The position numbers and the translations under genes are program-made. Under the pieces are notes generated by a model that was not told the origin of the DNA, did not search any database, and saw only the letters and a list, made by a program, of their open reading frames with translations. Below are positions 9,225 to 18,874 of a stretch of DNA of 38,412 nt, one piece after another (the first letter of the stretch is position 1; every line of letters begins with the position of its first letter). Source of the DNA: a virus; the IMG/VR virus record IMGVR_UViG_3300045988_127166, positions 1-38,412 of that record. One strand, given 5' to 3'.

Positions 9225-9983
9225 TTATGATTCCTGTTTTTCAGGGTAGAAAATATAGATTGGCAGCGTATCATATACGCCACTCTTAAAGTCTGCGGTA
9301 GCCTTGAATGTGGTCTTAACAACAGATGTCTCTTTGTTCTTGGCTTCCAGCTCCAAGCCAGAAGTGCAGAGGGCATTCTCCATAATGACAATGATCTCTG
9401 TACCATCTGTCATTGTCCCCACAAAGGCAATATTGTCCAGATAGTCAGACAGCTCAATCAGGCTCTTGGTCTGAATCTGTGTATACCCCTTAATCAGGGA
9501 CTCTACTTCCTTACCAACGATTGCACGCTTGATTGATTCAACCGTATGCTGTGCAAGGTTGACCTCGAGTGTTCCTGTTTCACTTGTCTTCTGGCTCAGA
9601 CCCTTAATATCAACCGTGGCACCGTCCACCTCAATGGCAGAAGACTCCGGAATAATTGAAAGCTTATTACCACCGTTGGTAGCACCAAGAACATGTCCTT
9701 CATCATCTGTCCATGCACCTGCTACAAAATCACCAACCTTAGGTTCTGTGTAATCTTCTGCCAGCCCGATGAAGGTTACACCCGGATTCAGCTTGCCGAT
9801 CTGAATTGTCGTTTCGGTCTCTTTTTCCCCATCCGCAACAACCTTTAATGTGCCTGCAGGCTGTGTGGAAGATGATCCTGTTACAGTCACCTTGCTATAG
9901 AGATACTTGAAATTTTTGAACACCACGCCGGCACCAAGGATAAAATCATTAGGGGTCTGGCTGTTAATACCTGATTTTCTCAT
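9225..9983 (-). CDS. Major tail protein
   Basis: Abundant-type 250-aa ORF directly upstream of the chaperones. ATGA start/stop overlap with the preceding gene. An alternative ATG exists at 9998. Confidence 0.75.
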   Translation of the reverse strand: MRKSGINSQTPNDFILGAGVVFKNFKYLYSKVTVTGSSSTQPAGTLKVVADGEKETETTIQIGKLNPGVTFIGLAEDYTEPKVGDFVAGAWTDDEGHVLGATNGGNKLSIIPESSAIEVDGATVDIKGLSQKTSETGTLEVNLAQHTVESIKRAIVGKEVESLIKGYTQIQTKSLIELSDYLDNIAFVGTMTDGTEIIVIMENALCTSGLELEAKNKETSVVKTTFKATADFKSGVYDTLPIYIFYPEKQES

Positions 9984-10381
9984 TTCATCACGCTCCATTC
10001 TTTAATCATTAAGTTAATCTGCATCTTTTTCAGTTCCGCATCCCCTGTCGGGACATCAAAACTGTTTGCATAAAAAATAGCCACCACTGAACCTGATTCA
10101 GTAGTGACCACTCTGCCGCCCACCATGGGAAAGTAGGCTGCTATTTTCTCTTTTGCATCCTCTAATGAGAGGTATGCCGTTTTCCCTTTTCCGGTATCTC
10201 TCGCAAAACCTGTAAGAATAAAAGATGTTTCCTGCTCCCCATGTTCTCCGGATGGTTCAAATTCCTGATATTCCCCGGTAAAATACGGGTAAGACGGTTT
10301 GACCGTCCACTCCATAAATTCATAATGGATCCCCATTGTGGCCATCGCTTCTGCGATGATCTTCAATGTTTCTTTTCTCAT
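9980..10381 (-). CDS. Tail completion / tail terminator-like protein
   Basis: Position between the HK97 gp10-like protein and the major tail protein. Translationally coupled on both sides. Confidence 0.55.
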   Translation of the reverse strand: MRKETLKIIAEAMATMGIHYEFMEWTVKPSYPYFTGEYQEFEPSGEHGEQETSFILTGFARDTGKGKTAYLSLEDAKEKIAAYFPMVGGRVVTTESGSVVAIFYANSFDVPTGDAELKKMQINLMIKEWSVMK

Positions 10382-10791
10382 TCTTCCATCCTCGCTTTCA
10401 GGACTTGCTCTGCCCGGTTAATAAGTTTGGTCTTAAGTGAAGTAAAGGCCTTATACAAAGCCCTCGAAGGTTTCTTTCCGTGGGTGTACTGCCAGTTTCC
10501 TTTAGAATCCTTGTAATGCCATCCACCCTTTCGACCATCGCCATTCAGGGCATACTCACCTGTACCAAATTCCTCCCATATTGCATTTTCCATCATAGAA
10601 CCGATTACAGCCTCGCCGCCCTCTTCATCTACGAGATATGACCAGCTTGCTCTTGTATCACCGGTATCAACACGGGTGTTTCTTTTAGTCTGTGATTCCA
10701 ATTCTCCGGCCGACTCATACAGATAAGCTACGATTGCCTCATCTATGGCGGCCTTTACATCCATTCTGTTGTCCGTAAATTCAACCGCCAT
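10378..10791 (-). CDS. HK97 gp10-family head-tail joining protein
   Basis: MAVEF...NRMDVKAAIDEA...QTKRNTRVDTGDTRASWSY matches the gp10-family signature (VDTG.L..S). Synteny agrees. Confidence 0.7.
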   Translation of the reverse strand: MAVEFTDNRMDVKAAIDEAIVAYLYESAGELESQTKRNTRVDTGDTRASWSYLVDEEGGEAVIGSMMENAIWEEFGTGEYALNGDGRKGGWHYKDSKGNWQYTHGKKPSRALYKAFTSLKTKLINRAEQVLKARMEE

Positions 10792-10792
10792 G

Positions 10793-11131
10793 TCACTGCC
10801 CTCCTGTATATTTCAGGTAGATTTCAAGCTGCTGGTGCATCTCCATAGGATCATCAATCAGTAGAATGTCATACCGCTTTCCATTGACCACCATGCGACT
10901 GTTTTCTGCTTCAATAGACGCATCTAAAGCCACATAATCAGAAATAAATACATGAGTAGATTCCTGAATTTTGGCATTGAATGCGGTGTGGCTGCTGTCA
11001 CCGGTCGACAGGTCAATGAATCCCTTTAATGGCTGTGCATCCTGCCATAACGGTACTTGCTGACCGATCTCATTGTATCTGTCACCCACATTGATCTGAA
11101 TGACCGCATCTGCATTTCCACCAATCATCAT
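10793..11131 (-). CDS. Head closure / head-tail adaptor protein
   Basis: 112 aa with ...VNGKRYDILLIDDP...LEIYLK, typical of SPP1 gp16-like adaptors. Synteny agrees. Confidence 0.7.
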   Translation of the reverse strand: MMIGGNADAVIQINVGDRYNEIGQQVPLWQDAQPLKGFIDLSTGDSSHTAFNAKIQESTHVFISDYVALDASIEAENSRMVVNGKRYDILLIDDPMEMHQQLEIYLKYTGGQ

Positions 11132-11132
11132 G

Positions 11133-11660
11133 TCAGAACCTCGCTTTCATATATGGTTTCAAGAACCCAAGCAGGGAAACCGGATACCCCATAACCTGAT
11201 TGTTTGTATCCTGATCATAATAGGTCACGCTGTGCCGGGAAAGGGTCTCGGATTTGATCCCAACCTTTGACCGGTTATTCTTTTCCCAGATCAGCAGGTC
11301 AACCACGCCCTTCTGAATGTCAACCGGATATATAACCCGTGTGACTGTATTCCTTGGAAAGTCAAATACATCCTTGTCAAGCGTAATACCAGTATCTGTG
11401 ATTTCAGTAATAACATATAACCCGTCATTTACAGCCGATTGAGAGATCTGCACGGTGTCACCCACCCTGAAATAAGGGGAATGACCGATCAGCACCCCAT
11501 TTTCAACCGGTACTTCAATACGCATAGCCCTGTTTTGGAAATTGTTGTTGGTGTACGCCCTGATAAGGTTTTCAATGGCTTCTGTCTTCATCGTAAGGAC
11601 ATCCTTGTCCATGTCTTTAAACTCTTCCATTGAAATTAACTTTTCAATTTCTACAATCAT
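11133..11660 (-). CDS. gp6-like head-tail connector protein
   Basis: Second ORF after the capsid gene (the 60-aa ORF 11678-11860 lies between). Start moved to the ATG at 11660, behind an AAAGGTGG RBS; the track ORF starts at a GTG inside that RBS. Confidence 0.6.
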   Translation of the reverse strand: MIVEIEKLISMEEFKDMDKDVLTMKTEAIENLIRAYTNNNFQNRAMRIEVPVENGVLIGHSPYFRVGDTVQISQSAVNDGLYVITEITDTGITLDKDVFDFPRNTVTRVIYPVDIQKGVVDLLIWEKNNRSKVGIKSETLSRHSVTYYDQDTNNQVMGYPVSLLGFLKPYMKARF

Positions 11661-11677
11661 CGGGGACACCACCTTTC

Positions 11678-11860
11678 TTATTTCTCGGTTACTTCATAGC
11701 CTTCATGCTCTCTGAACCATTCAGCCATTCTTTCAGATGTGATATGTGCCTCACCGTTGGCAAACTGAACACCACCTGCACCGATACCACAATAGTCAGG
11801 GTTGGTGGTTACTTTGATCACATAATTCTTTACCTGTGTTTCTGCTGCTTTTACTGCCAT
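11678..11860 (-). CDS. Small head-module protein of unknown function
   Basis: 60-aa ORF on the coding strand between the capsid and connector genes. Weak RBS. Confidence 0.45.
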   Translation of the reverse strand: MAVKAAETQVKNYVIKVTTNPDYCGIGAGGVQFANGEAHITSERMAEWFREHEGYEVTEK

Positions 11861-11926
11861 ATTTTTATACCTGTCCTTTCATCCTTAATTAACAGGTGGG
11901 CGATTACCGCCCACCATAGCCACCAC

Positions 11927-12943
11927 TTACGCAATTTTGATGTTTCTGAGAACACCTGCATGCTGTGTGTTTTTCAGTACTGTTGCTCCGATCATTTCAA
12001 CTTCTGCATCCTTTACAGTACCAGGAGCAGAAAAGTCAGGAAGATACTGGTCAATAACGCTGCCGCCAGCAAGGCTGATTCCGTGGAATCCGTCATTAAC
12101 ATCAAACTTAACTGCATAGATGTCTGTCAGACCAGTTGTATCAGAGCTTGCTCCGTTGATCTTACGGGACAGTCCCTTCTTAACAACAGCGTTTGCTACT
12201 GCTGCTCCATCGGATACAGTATAATAATTCTCCAGATCCATCATACGTACACCGTCAATGGAAGTTACCTTCTTTCCAAAGGCTTCTTCGGATTCAGTCC
12301 TGTAACCAAGAATACGTGCCACAGTCTGAACCTTTGTGATCATATCTGTGTTCAGCAGGAGCGCATCTGCCTGAGTAGATTTGATCAGAAGTGTGAGTGC
12401 TTCATAGAACTCGTCCGCATTTGCTTTCAGATTGGTGATGTTGGAGAGATCAATGCTGCTCTTTGCGCCATACTCTGTACTGGTGCCTGCCAGCATGGAG
12501 TCCAGTCCCTGAAATTCAGGATGGTCACCACTTGCGGTAGTTGTTGCATCACCATTGATCATGGTGTAATGGAACAGGGAAACGACCGCCGCAATATGCT
12601 CTTCGATCTGATAAGCAAGGTTATCGTACTTTCCTGCAATCTTATTCAGGACACGATCAAGCTGTACTGTACCGCCCATGATCGCAAGATTAGCCTCACA
12701 CTCCTGCTTGGTTGCTGCACTTGCTGTATAGGAACCGTTCAGCTTTCTGAACTCAGCAGTAGCAGGGAGTACCTTTCGAAGATACTTATACTTCATTGTG
12801 GATCCTGAACCGCTTGCGCTTACGCAATCATCAAATTTTAAGAGCTGTAAAATTTCAGATTTACGCAGGAAAATGTCCACGATCTGATCAAATACTTTGT
12901 CAGACATACCTTTCTTAATTTCTTCCAGTGTCATTACTGCCAT
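11927..12943 (-). CDS. Major capsid protein (HK97-fold type)
   Basis: 338 aa, directly after the scaffolding gene, strong AAAGGTGA RBS, no protease gene nearby (scaffold-dependent type). Confidence 0.85.
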   Translation of the reverse strand: MAVMTLEEIKKGMSDKVFDQIVDIFLRKSEILQLLKFDDCVSASGSGSTMKYKYLRKVLPATAEFRKLNGSYTASAATKQECEANLAIMGGTVQLDRVLNKIAGKYDNLAYQIEEHIAAVVSLFHYTMINGDATTTASGDHPEFQGLDSMLAGTSTEYGAKSSIDLSNITNLKANADEFYEALTLLIKSTQADALLLNTDMITKVQTVARILGYRTESEEAFGKKVTSIDGVRMMDLENYYTVSDGAAVANAVVKKGLSRKINGASSDTTGLTDIYAVKFDVNDGFHGISLAGGSVIDQYLPDFSAPGTVKDAEVEMIGATVLKNTQHAGVLRNIKIA

Positions 12944-12969
12944 AATTTTTCACCTTTTTAACCTTTCTG

Positions 12970-13566
12970 TTATTTATTGTCATGTTCATATTTCTGCTGC
13001 AGAGCCTCCGCAAGGTTTTTTGGTTCTGCAGATCCACCTGCACCTTCTTCCGACTTGTCGAGTCTGTGTTCCTCCACCTCTTTCTTACCGGGTGCATCGA
13101 AGTTACCGGGAAACTGTGTTTTCAAACCGGAAATCAGATCATCCTGACCTTTCAGTTTGCCATCTTCACCAACAGCCAGCTCACGACTCCCTGAACCAGC
13201 CTTAAACATCAGATAGTCCAGATCGGACGCCTTTGCCCCTGCATCAAGCAGTGCTACCTTCAAGGCTCCTTCCACTTTCAGCTTCTCATTTTCAGCCGTC
13301 AGCTCGGCCATTTTGCCCTCATAGTCAGTGATCTTGGTCTGCAGTGCACTGTTGTCACCTGCGTCCTTCTTCATCTGCTCGATTAACTTCTGTGCCTCAG
13401 TGAGCTGCTGAGTGGTGGTCTCATGGTCTGTTTTCAGCTTCCCATATCTGGTATCAAGGTTTTCTTCTGTGGCGGTGAAGATCTTATTCTGCTTCATCCC
13501 ATTGATCACCTTTTCAACCTGTTCATCTGTAAGTCCCTGCGCCTTCAAAATTTCCTGTAATGTCAT
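12970..13566 (-). CDS. Scaffolding protein (phage GP20-like)
   Basis: MTLQEILKAQGLTDEQVEKV...TEENLDTRYGKLKTD...: coiled-coil, acidic, classic GP20-type N-terminus. Sits upstream of the capsid gene. Confidence 0.85.
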   Translation of the reverse strand: MTLQEILKAQGLTDEQVEKVINGMKQNKIFTATEENLDTRYGKLKTDHETTTQQLTEAQKLIEQMKKDAGDNSALQTKITDYEGKMAELTAENEKLKVEGALKVALLDAGAKASDLDYLMFKAGSGSRELAVGEDGKLKGQDDLISGLKTQFPGNFDAPGKKEVEEHRLDKSEEGAGGSAEPKNLAEALQQKYEHDNK

Positions 13567-13763
13567 TCCTTTGTCCCTAACCTTTCATACAATTTTTACG
13601 TGTTATGTCACGAATTTACCGGGTCGATGTTTTACATCATCACTGATGAAGGGTATATAAAAAGACGGTCATTGACCGCCCTTTTAACTAAACTGTTCAA
13701 TTTTTGTTCAACTTGCTAAACAAAACCACTTCTAAACACTTCATTCACCTACTTTCAAGCATG

Positions 13764-13797
13764 AAAAAAGCAAGGTACACTATTTCATGTCCTTGCT
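13764..13797 (-). terminator. Rho-independent terminator after the Cys-rich ORF
   Basis: The minus strand reads GCAAGG-15 nt loop-CCTTGC followed by TTTTTT, starting 2 nt after the stop codon at 13799-13801. Confidence 0.6.
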
Positions 13798-13798
13798 T

Positions 13799-13963
13799 TC
13801 AATCCTTATCCTCTTCAAACTTAATTCCATTCCGGCATTCTTCTGACTCATCGGCTGATATCTTTTCTAATGGTATACCATCTGGAAACGCATCACAGCA
13901 CATCTTTTTTGCATCTTCATGGTAATGCTTACAAAAATCACACTTTGGTAATTTCAAACTCAT
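13799..13963 (-). CDS. Small Cys-rich (zinc-binding-like) protein
   Basis: MSLKLPKCDFCKHYHEDAKKMCCDAF... behind a GGAAGGTGG RBS. The track ORF extends further upstream with no RBS. Confidence 0.5.
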   Translation of the reverse strand: MSLKLPKCDFCKHYHEDAKKMCCDAFPDGIPLEKISADESEECRNGIKFEEDKD

Positions 13964-14057
13964 CTTTTCCACCTTCCGAAATAGGATTCTAGGCCTCCCT
14001 ATATTCATCGTTGATTGACATTTTAAAAGCAAGGTGGACATTTCAATCCCCTTGCTT

Positions 14058-14243
14058 CTAATACATTACATTCTCCAAATCTAAATATCCAATATCATAG
14101 ACATCTTTTCCTGCTTCAATGCATTCTTCAATCATCTCTATGATTTCTGTATCTTCCCTTGTTTCAGCTAATGGAACAGTAGGAAAATCTTCACTGAATG
14201 TATCTTTATATGCTTCATATGCTTTTTTTAGTTTTTCAGACAT
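14058..14243 (-). CDS. Small acidic protein, candidate immunity partner of the MuF C-terminal domain
   Basis: 61 aa. Its start codon lies 1 nt after the MuF stop. Shares the low G+C of the MuF C-terminal region. The function is inferred. Confidence 0.5.
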   Translation of the reverse strand: MSEKLKKAYEAYKDTFSEDFPTVPLAETREDTEIIEMIEECIEAGKDVYDIGYLDLENVMY

Positions 14244-14244
14244 A

Positions 14245-16002
14245 CTATAACACTCCTTTCAAAATTTGAATCATCGCTTCATAACTATTAGGTAAATACT
14301 TTTTCACATATTCCAATTCTTCACCCCCATTGACTTCTGCACTCATAATGTTCGCCCACATTTCAGATGCAGAGTCATAAACCCTACATTCAAAAGCAGT
14401 TTTACCTAAGTTACTCGCATCAATACCAAGTTCTTTGTATGCTTCCTGTAAACCTTTATGTTCCTTAAGCTGTTTTACTGAACTGTATTTACGGTTATAG
14501 TATCGGTCACCGTGCCCCCAGTTAATACGGTGTCCGAGAAGTCCATCAATGGCATCCTGAACACCGCCACTTGCATCATGATCTATAAGGTCTTTTTCTA
14601 CATCAGTGGTTAGTATTGATTTCAAAAACCGCCTGTCTTTTCTTACAGCTGTTAAAAACTCATCAGAAGAGCTTGCTATTTTTGCAAATCGGTTTATCTG
14701 ATACTTAGTCTTACTATGAATAGTTTCCACTTCTTTGAAGTGAAGCCCTCCATAATTCGCTTTTTTATCAAAATAGTGACCATATTCGTGTGCCAATGTG
14801 TGGTATTTACTTCTTCCATTATCAATATATTTTTGCAATGGATAACTGAACACGAGCTTGTTTTCAGAAGGTGAATAAAATCCATCATCTTTTTTATACT
14901 GTACACCGTTGATCAGATCAGCATATTTTGCATACAGTTTTTGAAGCGATGTATTACTGTGTTCAGTCAGAATCTTCATGTATTCATCATAGTCTGAACT
15001 GCTCATCGCACCCCTTAACTTTTGAGTGTGTGCTAACACATCATATTCTCTCATACTTATTGTATCAGCGTTTTCAGGAAGTTTCAAATATTTCTGTCTA
15101 TACTCTTCAAAATTCTTTGTCTTGTCGAGTCCGAAATACTCTGCCCTCTCCTGCAGCGTATTCAGTTCATCCTCATCCAGCGCCCACCTCGCACGCTGCA
15201 GTAATGCACATCGGCAATTAATCACCTCGGCTGCAGCCCCTTTCGGATCACCGGGATATTGGAGTCCATTTGAAAATGCTTCTTCCAGTTCCCTGATCTC
15301 CCCATCAACTTCTCTGTGAGATGGTCTCGTGCGGCCATCCAGTGTAGCGTCCCACTGTTTCAGGACATCAGCACCTTTCTCTCTGGCAGCATACTGCGCA
15401 TTGCTGGCAGCCTCTGATGCAATTCTATGCCCTTCGGTTCTTGCAATCCGCATTGCTTGGTTATAAGCCTTATTGAATGATGTATTCTTGAAACTCTTGG
15501 CAATCTTTCCAGCTATGGCGTTCCATGTCATACCGGTAGCCACACCTCTTGAAATTTCTGCACGGATACTTGTCCTCAGGCTATCCACATCTTCACCCAG
15601 ACGCTCATATAAGGGCTTTGACAGCTTAGTGTGGGTTTGTATAGCACTCACTACCTGTCTTTGGTCTATGGGGCAGATAAGTGGCACTCCTTGACCATGA
15701 ATGTCGTACATTGTTCCAATGTAACCATCTTCATAGCACCGAGCAAGATAATCTGCCACAGTAGCATATTCCTCTGTGTGCAGCTTATCAAGAACACTCC
15801 CAAGCTGTCCTTTTAACACTTCCTGATAACGCTTCTGGTAGATGATAGACTGCAGATTCTCTAAATCAGTGCGCATGGACAATTCTCTGATCTTTTCGTC
15901 ACAGTCTTTCATAGCCTGCCTGTACACCTGTCTCAGTTCATTCAGAGTACGTTTCTCACTATTTAACTGTGCCTCCAAGGCTTCCTTCTGCCGCTGATTC
16001 AT
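14245..16002 (-). CDS. MuF / SPP1 gp7-family head morphogenesis protein fused to a C-terminal HExxH metallopeptidase-like domain
   Basis: The N-terminal ~280 aa carry the MuF signature (ARTEGHR...WDATLDGRTRPSHREVDG...INCRCAL). The C-terminal ~285 aa carry HTLAHEYGH (14776-14790) and a downstream SEMWAN Glu. Follows the portal gene. Confidence 0.85.
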   Translation of the reverse strand: MNQRQKEALEAQLNSEKRTLNELRQVYRQAMKDCDEKIRELSMRTDLENLQSIIYQKRYQEVLKGQLGSVLDKLHTEEYATVADYLARCYEDGYIGTMYDIHGQGVPLICPIDQRQVVSAIQTHTKLSKPLYERLGEDVDSLRTSIRAEISRGVATGMTWNAIAGKIAKSFKNTSFNKAYNQAMRIARTEGHRIASEAASNAQYAAREKGADVLKQWDATLDGRTRPSHREVDGEIRELEEAFSNGLQYPGDPKGAAAEVINCRCALLQRARWALDEDELNTLQERAEYFGLDKTKNFEEYRQKYLKLPENADTISMREYDVLAHTQKLRGAMSSSDYDEYMKILTEHSNTSLQKLYAKYADLINGVQYKKDDGFYSPSENKLVFSYPLQKYIDNGRSKYHTLAHEYGHYFDKKANYGGLHFKEVETIHSKTKYQINRFAKIASSSDEFLTAVRKDRRFLKSILTTDVEKDLIDHDASGGVQDAIDGLLGHRINWGHGDRYYNRKYSSVKQLKEHKGLQEAYKELGIDASNLGKTAFECRVYDSASEMWANIMSAEVNGGEELEYVKKYLPNSYEAMIQILKGVL

Positions 16003-17458
16003 CCTCTATCACCACTCTGCTCAATTCCTTTGCCGCATCTTTCACCGTGTTATCCCCTTCATCCGGATCCGGTATTTTATCTTTAACTTCTTCGTAGTCA
16101 ATGTCCAAACAATCACAGATGTTTTTCAGTACAGTCTCATCATCAAGCGTATCTGCCAGCGAAAGCAGGGTATTGATCCTTACCTGCTGCTCCTGCGCTT
16201 CGGTCAACTTGATCTCAGCGTTATCTTTGGCATTCGTCATAACCTCACGCTCAAAAACAATCTTGATATCTTTCATCTGGTAATCACTCTGTAATTCCTC
16301 ATTGATCTCATCAAGTACCACTTTCAGGATCTGCCTGAGAAATTGCTTTAAACGGATTTCCAGCTTATTGCATTTCAGATCAAGTAAGGCATACCGGCTC
16401 TTGATCACAATATTGGTGATATTCCCATCACCGACCTGTGATGAATTGAAGCCCATACCAAACCTGTAGATATTCTTCTCATCCAGTTCCAGCTTCACCT
16501 TCCGGGCTTCGTAAGGAATATCTATCGTTTTGATATCAACACCACCGTCTGCATCCACACCAATATGCTTCTTCACCCGGATATTCTGAATCATTTCATC
16601 CAGATCCTGCCCCTGAAAGCCTTTCACCACATAAAGCCCTTCGCTGATGTCCTGCACATTGTTCGACAGGCCACACGCCATCAGGTCATAATCATCAATC
16701 AAAGCCTTAACCGGCTTTAACCCTGACATCTGCTTCTGATTATTGTCCAGCCGGAAGAAAGGAATGAATCCATATCCACCGTTGCCTGCATAGTACAAAG
16801 CGTCATCTCCGGTCTTTTTGTAGGTTATATGCGGCCTTGGGTTAATCTTCTGTGAATCATCCAAGGCAATCTGTCCGTTGCTCACCTGCACATAGAAGGT
16901 TGTTGTGTTTGCATCCCACACCTGAATCCGGGTAATGACTTTCTTCCCCTTATCAATCCGATCCGGATAATAATAAATGACATAATCGCACCCATCGTCC
17001 GTGTCTTTGGCTCTGACCTCAATGACCCCAAGAGAATCGGCGGTCATAAATCTGCTCTTTCCGTCCCGACCCTTGTAGGCATACATATTTTCAAACCCTT
17101 TCGCCACACAGCCAGTCAGGCATTCCTGCAACTCCGCTCTGAAATCATCACCAAAGTAGTCGTTCAGTGCTTCCTGCAGGCGATCATCCGTTTTCACCGA
17201 CAGAATGAACGGTTCAGTACCTGAAAGCATATATTGAACTTGCTGATCCACAAGCTCAGTGAAGAATGGATGCGGAATTTTAACATTACTCCGCAGTTTG
17301 TCTTCCTGCAGCTTGCCGTCTGCGTCCACATAATATGTCTTGTAGTCAAGGATATCGTGCCTACCTTCGTAGTAATCTAAGCCCCGTCTGGCAGCCCTCT
17401 TTTTCTCTGATGCCTTATCTGCATCTATGAACTTTCCAATTTCTTCAATGGTCAACAT
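15959..17458 (-). CDS. Portal protein (SPP1 gp6-like)
   Basis: 499 aa between terL and MuF. Acidic C-terminus. Confidence 0.85.
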   Translation of the reverse strand: MLTIEEIGKFIDADKASEKKRAARRGLDYYEGRHDILDYKTYYVDADGKLQEDKLRSNVKIPHPFFTELVDQQVQYMLSGTEPFILSVKTDDRLQEALNDYFGDDFRAELQECLTGCVAKGFENMYAYKGRDGKSRFMTADSLGVIEVRAKDTDDGCDYVIYYYPDRIDKGKKVITRIQVWDANTTTFYVQVSNGQIALDDSQKINPRPHITYKKTGDDALYYAGNGGYGFIPFFRLDNNQKQMSGLKPVKALIDDYDLMACGLSNNVQDISEGLYVVKGFQGQDLDEMIQNIRVKKHIGVDADGGVDIKTIDIPYEARKVKLELDEKNIYRFGMGFNSSQVGDGNITNIVIKSRYALLDLKCNKLEIRLKQFLRQILKVVLDEINEELQSDYQMKDIKIVFEREVMTNAKDNAEIKLTEAQEQQVRINTLLSLADTLDDETVLKNICDCLDIDYEEVKDKIPDPDEGDNTVKDAAKELSRVVIEDESAAEGSLGGTVK

Positions 17459-17470
17459 ATCCTACCCTCT

Positions 17471-18874
17471 CTAATAAATCCACGTGTTCGGATCATATAA
17501 GCATAATGCCAATGAATCAGCGGTATCCGGTGATCCCAACCCTCGCTTTTTCATATCGTCCTTACTCTCAAGCTGAATCTTTCCCTTGGAAGTCATATGA
17601 TACTTCCGGACACTGAGCTGCTTTATCATCTCTGAATCGTTGGGAAGTTCAACTTCAACACCCTTCCCCTGCACATTATTTGAAAAATTAACTTCAAGTA
17701 GCTCTTTCACGTGTCCCCAAAGCTGTCCACCAAGGTTAAAGTAATAATCGTCCGTGGCTGATTCCCCGTTATTCACCGGAATCACCCTGACCGGCAGCTT
17801 CTCTGCTTTAATCACTTCTCTCAGACGGTCAGTAACACCGCCACCAACACCAGAATCATCAACCTTGACAAGGCAATTCTTCAAATGGGGAAACTTCTTC
17901 ATGTACTCCTTGCAGCACATCAGCACATTTCCTGCTGTTTCCATGGTGTCCTTCTTGGTATATTTCCGGAATTCAAAAACCTTGGTACTGACCCTTGGTG
18001 TGATAACTGTCTTATCATCACCAAACCTCGCCACATCCACGCCGATGTGAAGAGTCTTCGCTGCGTCAATGTCAGCCTGTTTCAGTCTGTTCGATGGTGA
18101 ACAGGCAAGCTCAACTGTTTCCAGTGATATGAATGAATCAAGTGCACCTTTAGGGAATTGGCCATCAATTCTAACCCGGCACACGTCTGAATCCTTACCA
18201 TACTTGGATTCGAGCATTTCGATGTTATCCTTGGATGTGCGCTTTGAATCCCTACTGCTTACTGTGTGAGTCTTGAACTTATCCCGGTCTTTGTTAAACG
18301 CATCATAAAATACGCCCTCAATCCGGTTCGGGTTCCCCATCAGTAACAACTTGTTATCGGATCCGGTCAAAGTACCAAGAATTGCTTCCATGATCGGATC
18401 AGCCACACCGGATGCCTCATCCACCACGATCATCATGTGATCCTCATGGAATCCCTGCATATTCTCTGGCTTGGTTGCTGTCTTTGCAGTAGCGAACCAC
18501 CGTTCAGAATCACCATTCATATATACCTTGGTCTTCGTCCATGTCAGTAGCTGCTTAACCTTGGAAGTATCAAGCCACTTGGCAATTTCAGCCCACAGCA
18601 CATCATAAAGCTGCTGCATTGTTGGAGCTGTTGCGATTACCTTGGAATATGGCCTGCACACCAAAAACCAAATAATAAGCCCGGCTTCCAGTGCTGTCTT
18701 ACCAACACCTTGACCGGACTTTACTGCGACCTTAGGTTCAGCAGCCACATCTGCTGCAACCAAGGCCTGCCAATCATCACATTCCATATCAAGAAGATCT
18801 TCTAAAAACTCAGCAGGGTGGTCATAGTAAAAATCAAGGGCTTTGATCAGATCTGTTTCCATCCTGCTCTTCAC
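17471..18874 (-). CDS. terL: Terminase large subunit
   Basis: Walker A KSGQGVGKT, Walker B-like MMIVVDEASG, C-terminal nuclease region. Start may be the second ATG (METDL, 18862). Confidence 0.9.
   Translation of the reverse strand: MKSRMETDLIKALDFYYDHPAEFLEDLLDMECDDWQALVAADVAAEPKVAVKSGQGVGKTALEAGLIIWFLVCRPYSKVIATAPTMQQLYDVLWAEIAKWLDTSKVKQLLTWTKTKVYMNGDSERWFATAKTATKPENMQGFHEDHMMIVVDEASGVADPIMEAILGTLTGSDNKLLLMGNPNRIEGVFYDAFNKDRDKFKTHTVSSRDSKRTSKDNIEMLESKYGKDSDVCRVRIDGQFPKGALDSFISLETVELACSPSNRLKQADIDAAKTLHIGVDVARFGDDKTVITPRVSTKVFEFRKYTKKDTMETAGNVLMCCKEYMKKFPHLKNCLVKVDDSGVGGGVTDRLREVIKAEKLPVRVIPVNNGESATDDYYFNLGGQLWGHVKELLEVNFSNNVQGKGVEVELPNDSEMIKQLSVRKYHMTSKGKIQLESKDDMKKRGLGSPDTADSLALCLYDPNTWIY

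Noticed and set aside
11630-12808. 392-aa plus-strand ORF, the longest plus-strand ORF in the late region
   Set aside because: It lies antisense to the well-supported capsid and connector genes. Its translation is Cys/Ile/Phe-rich nonsense with no RBS or motif. It is a typical shadow ORF of a strongly expressed gene.
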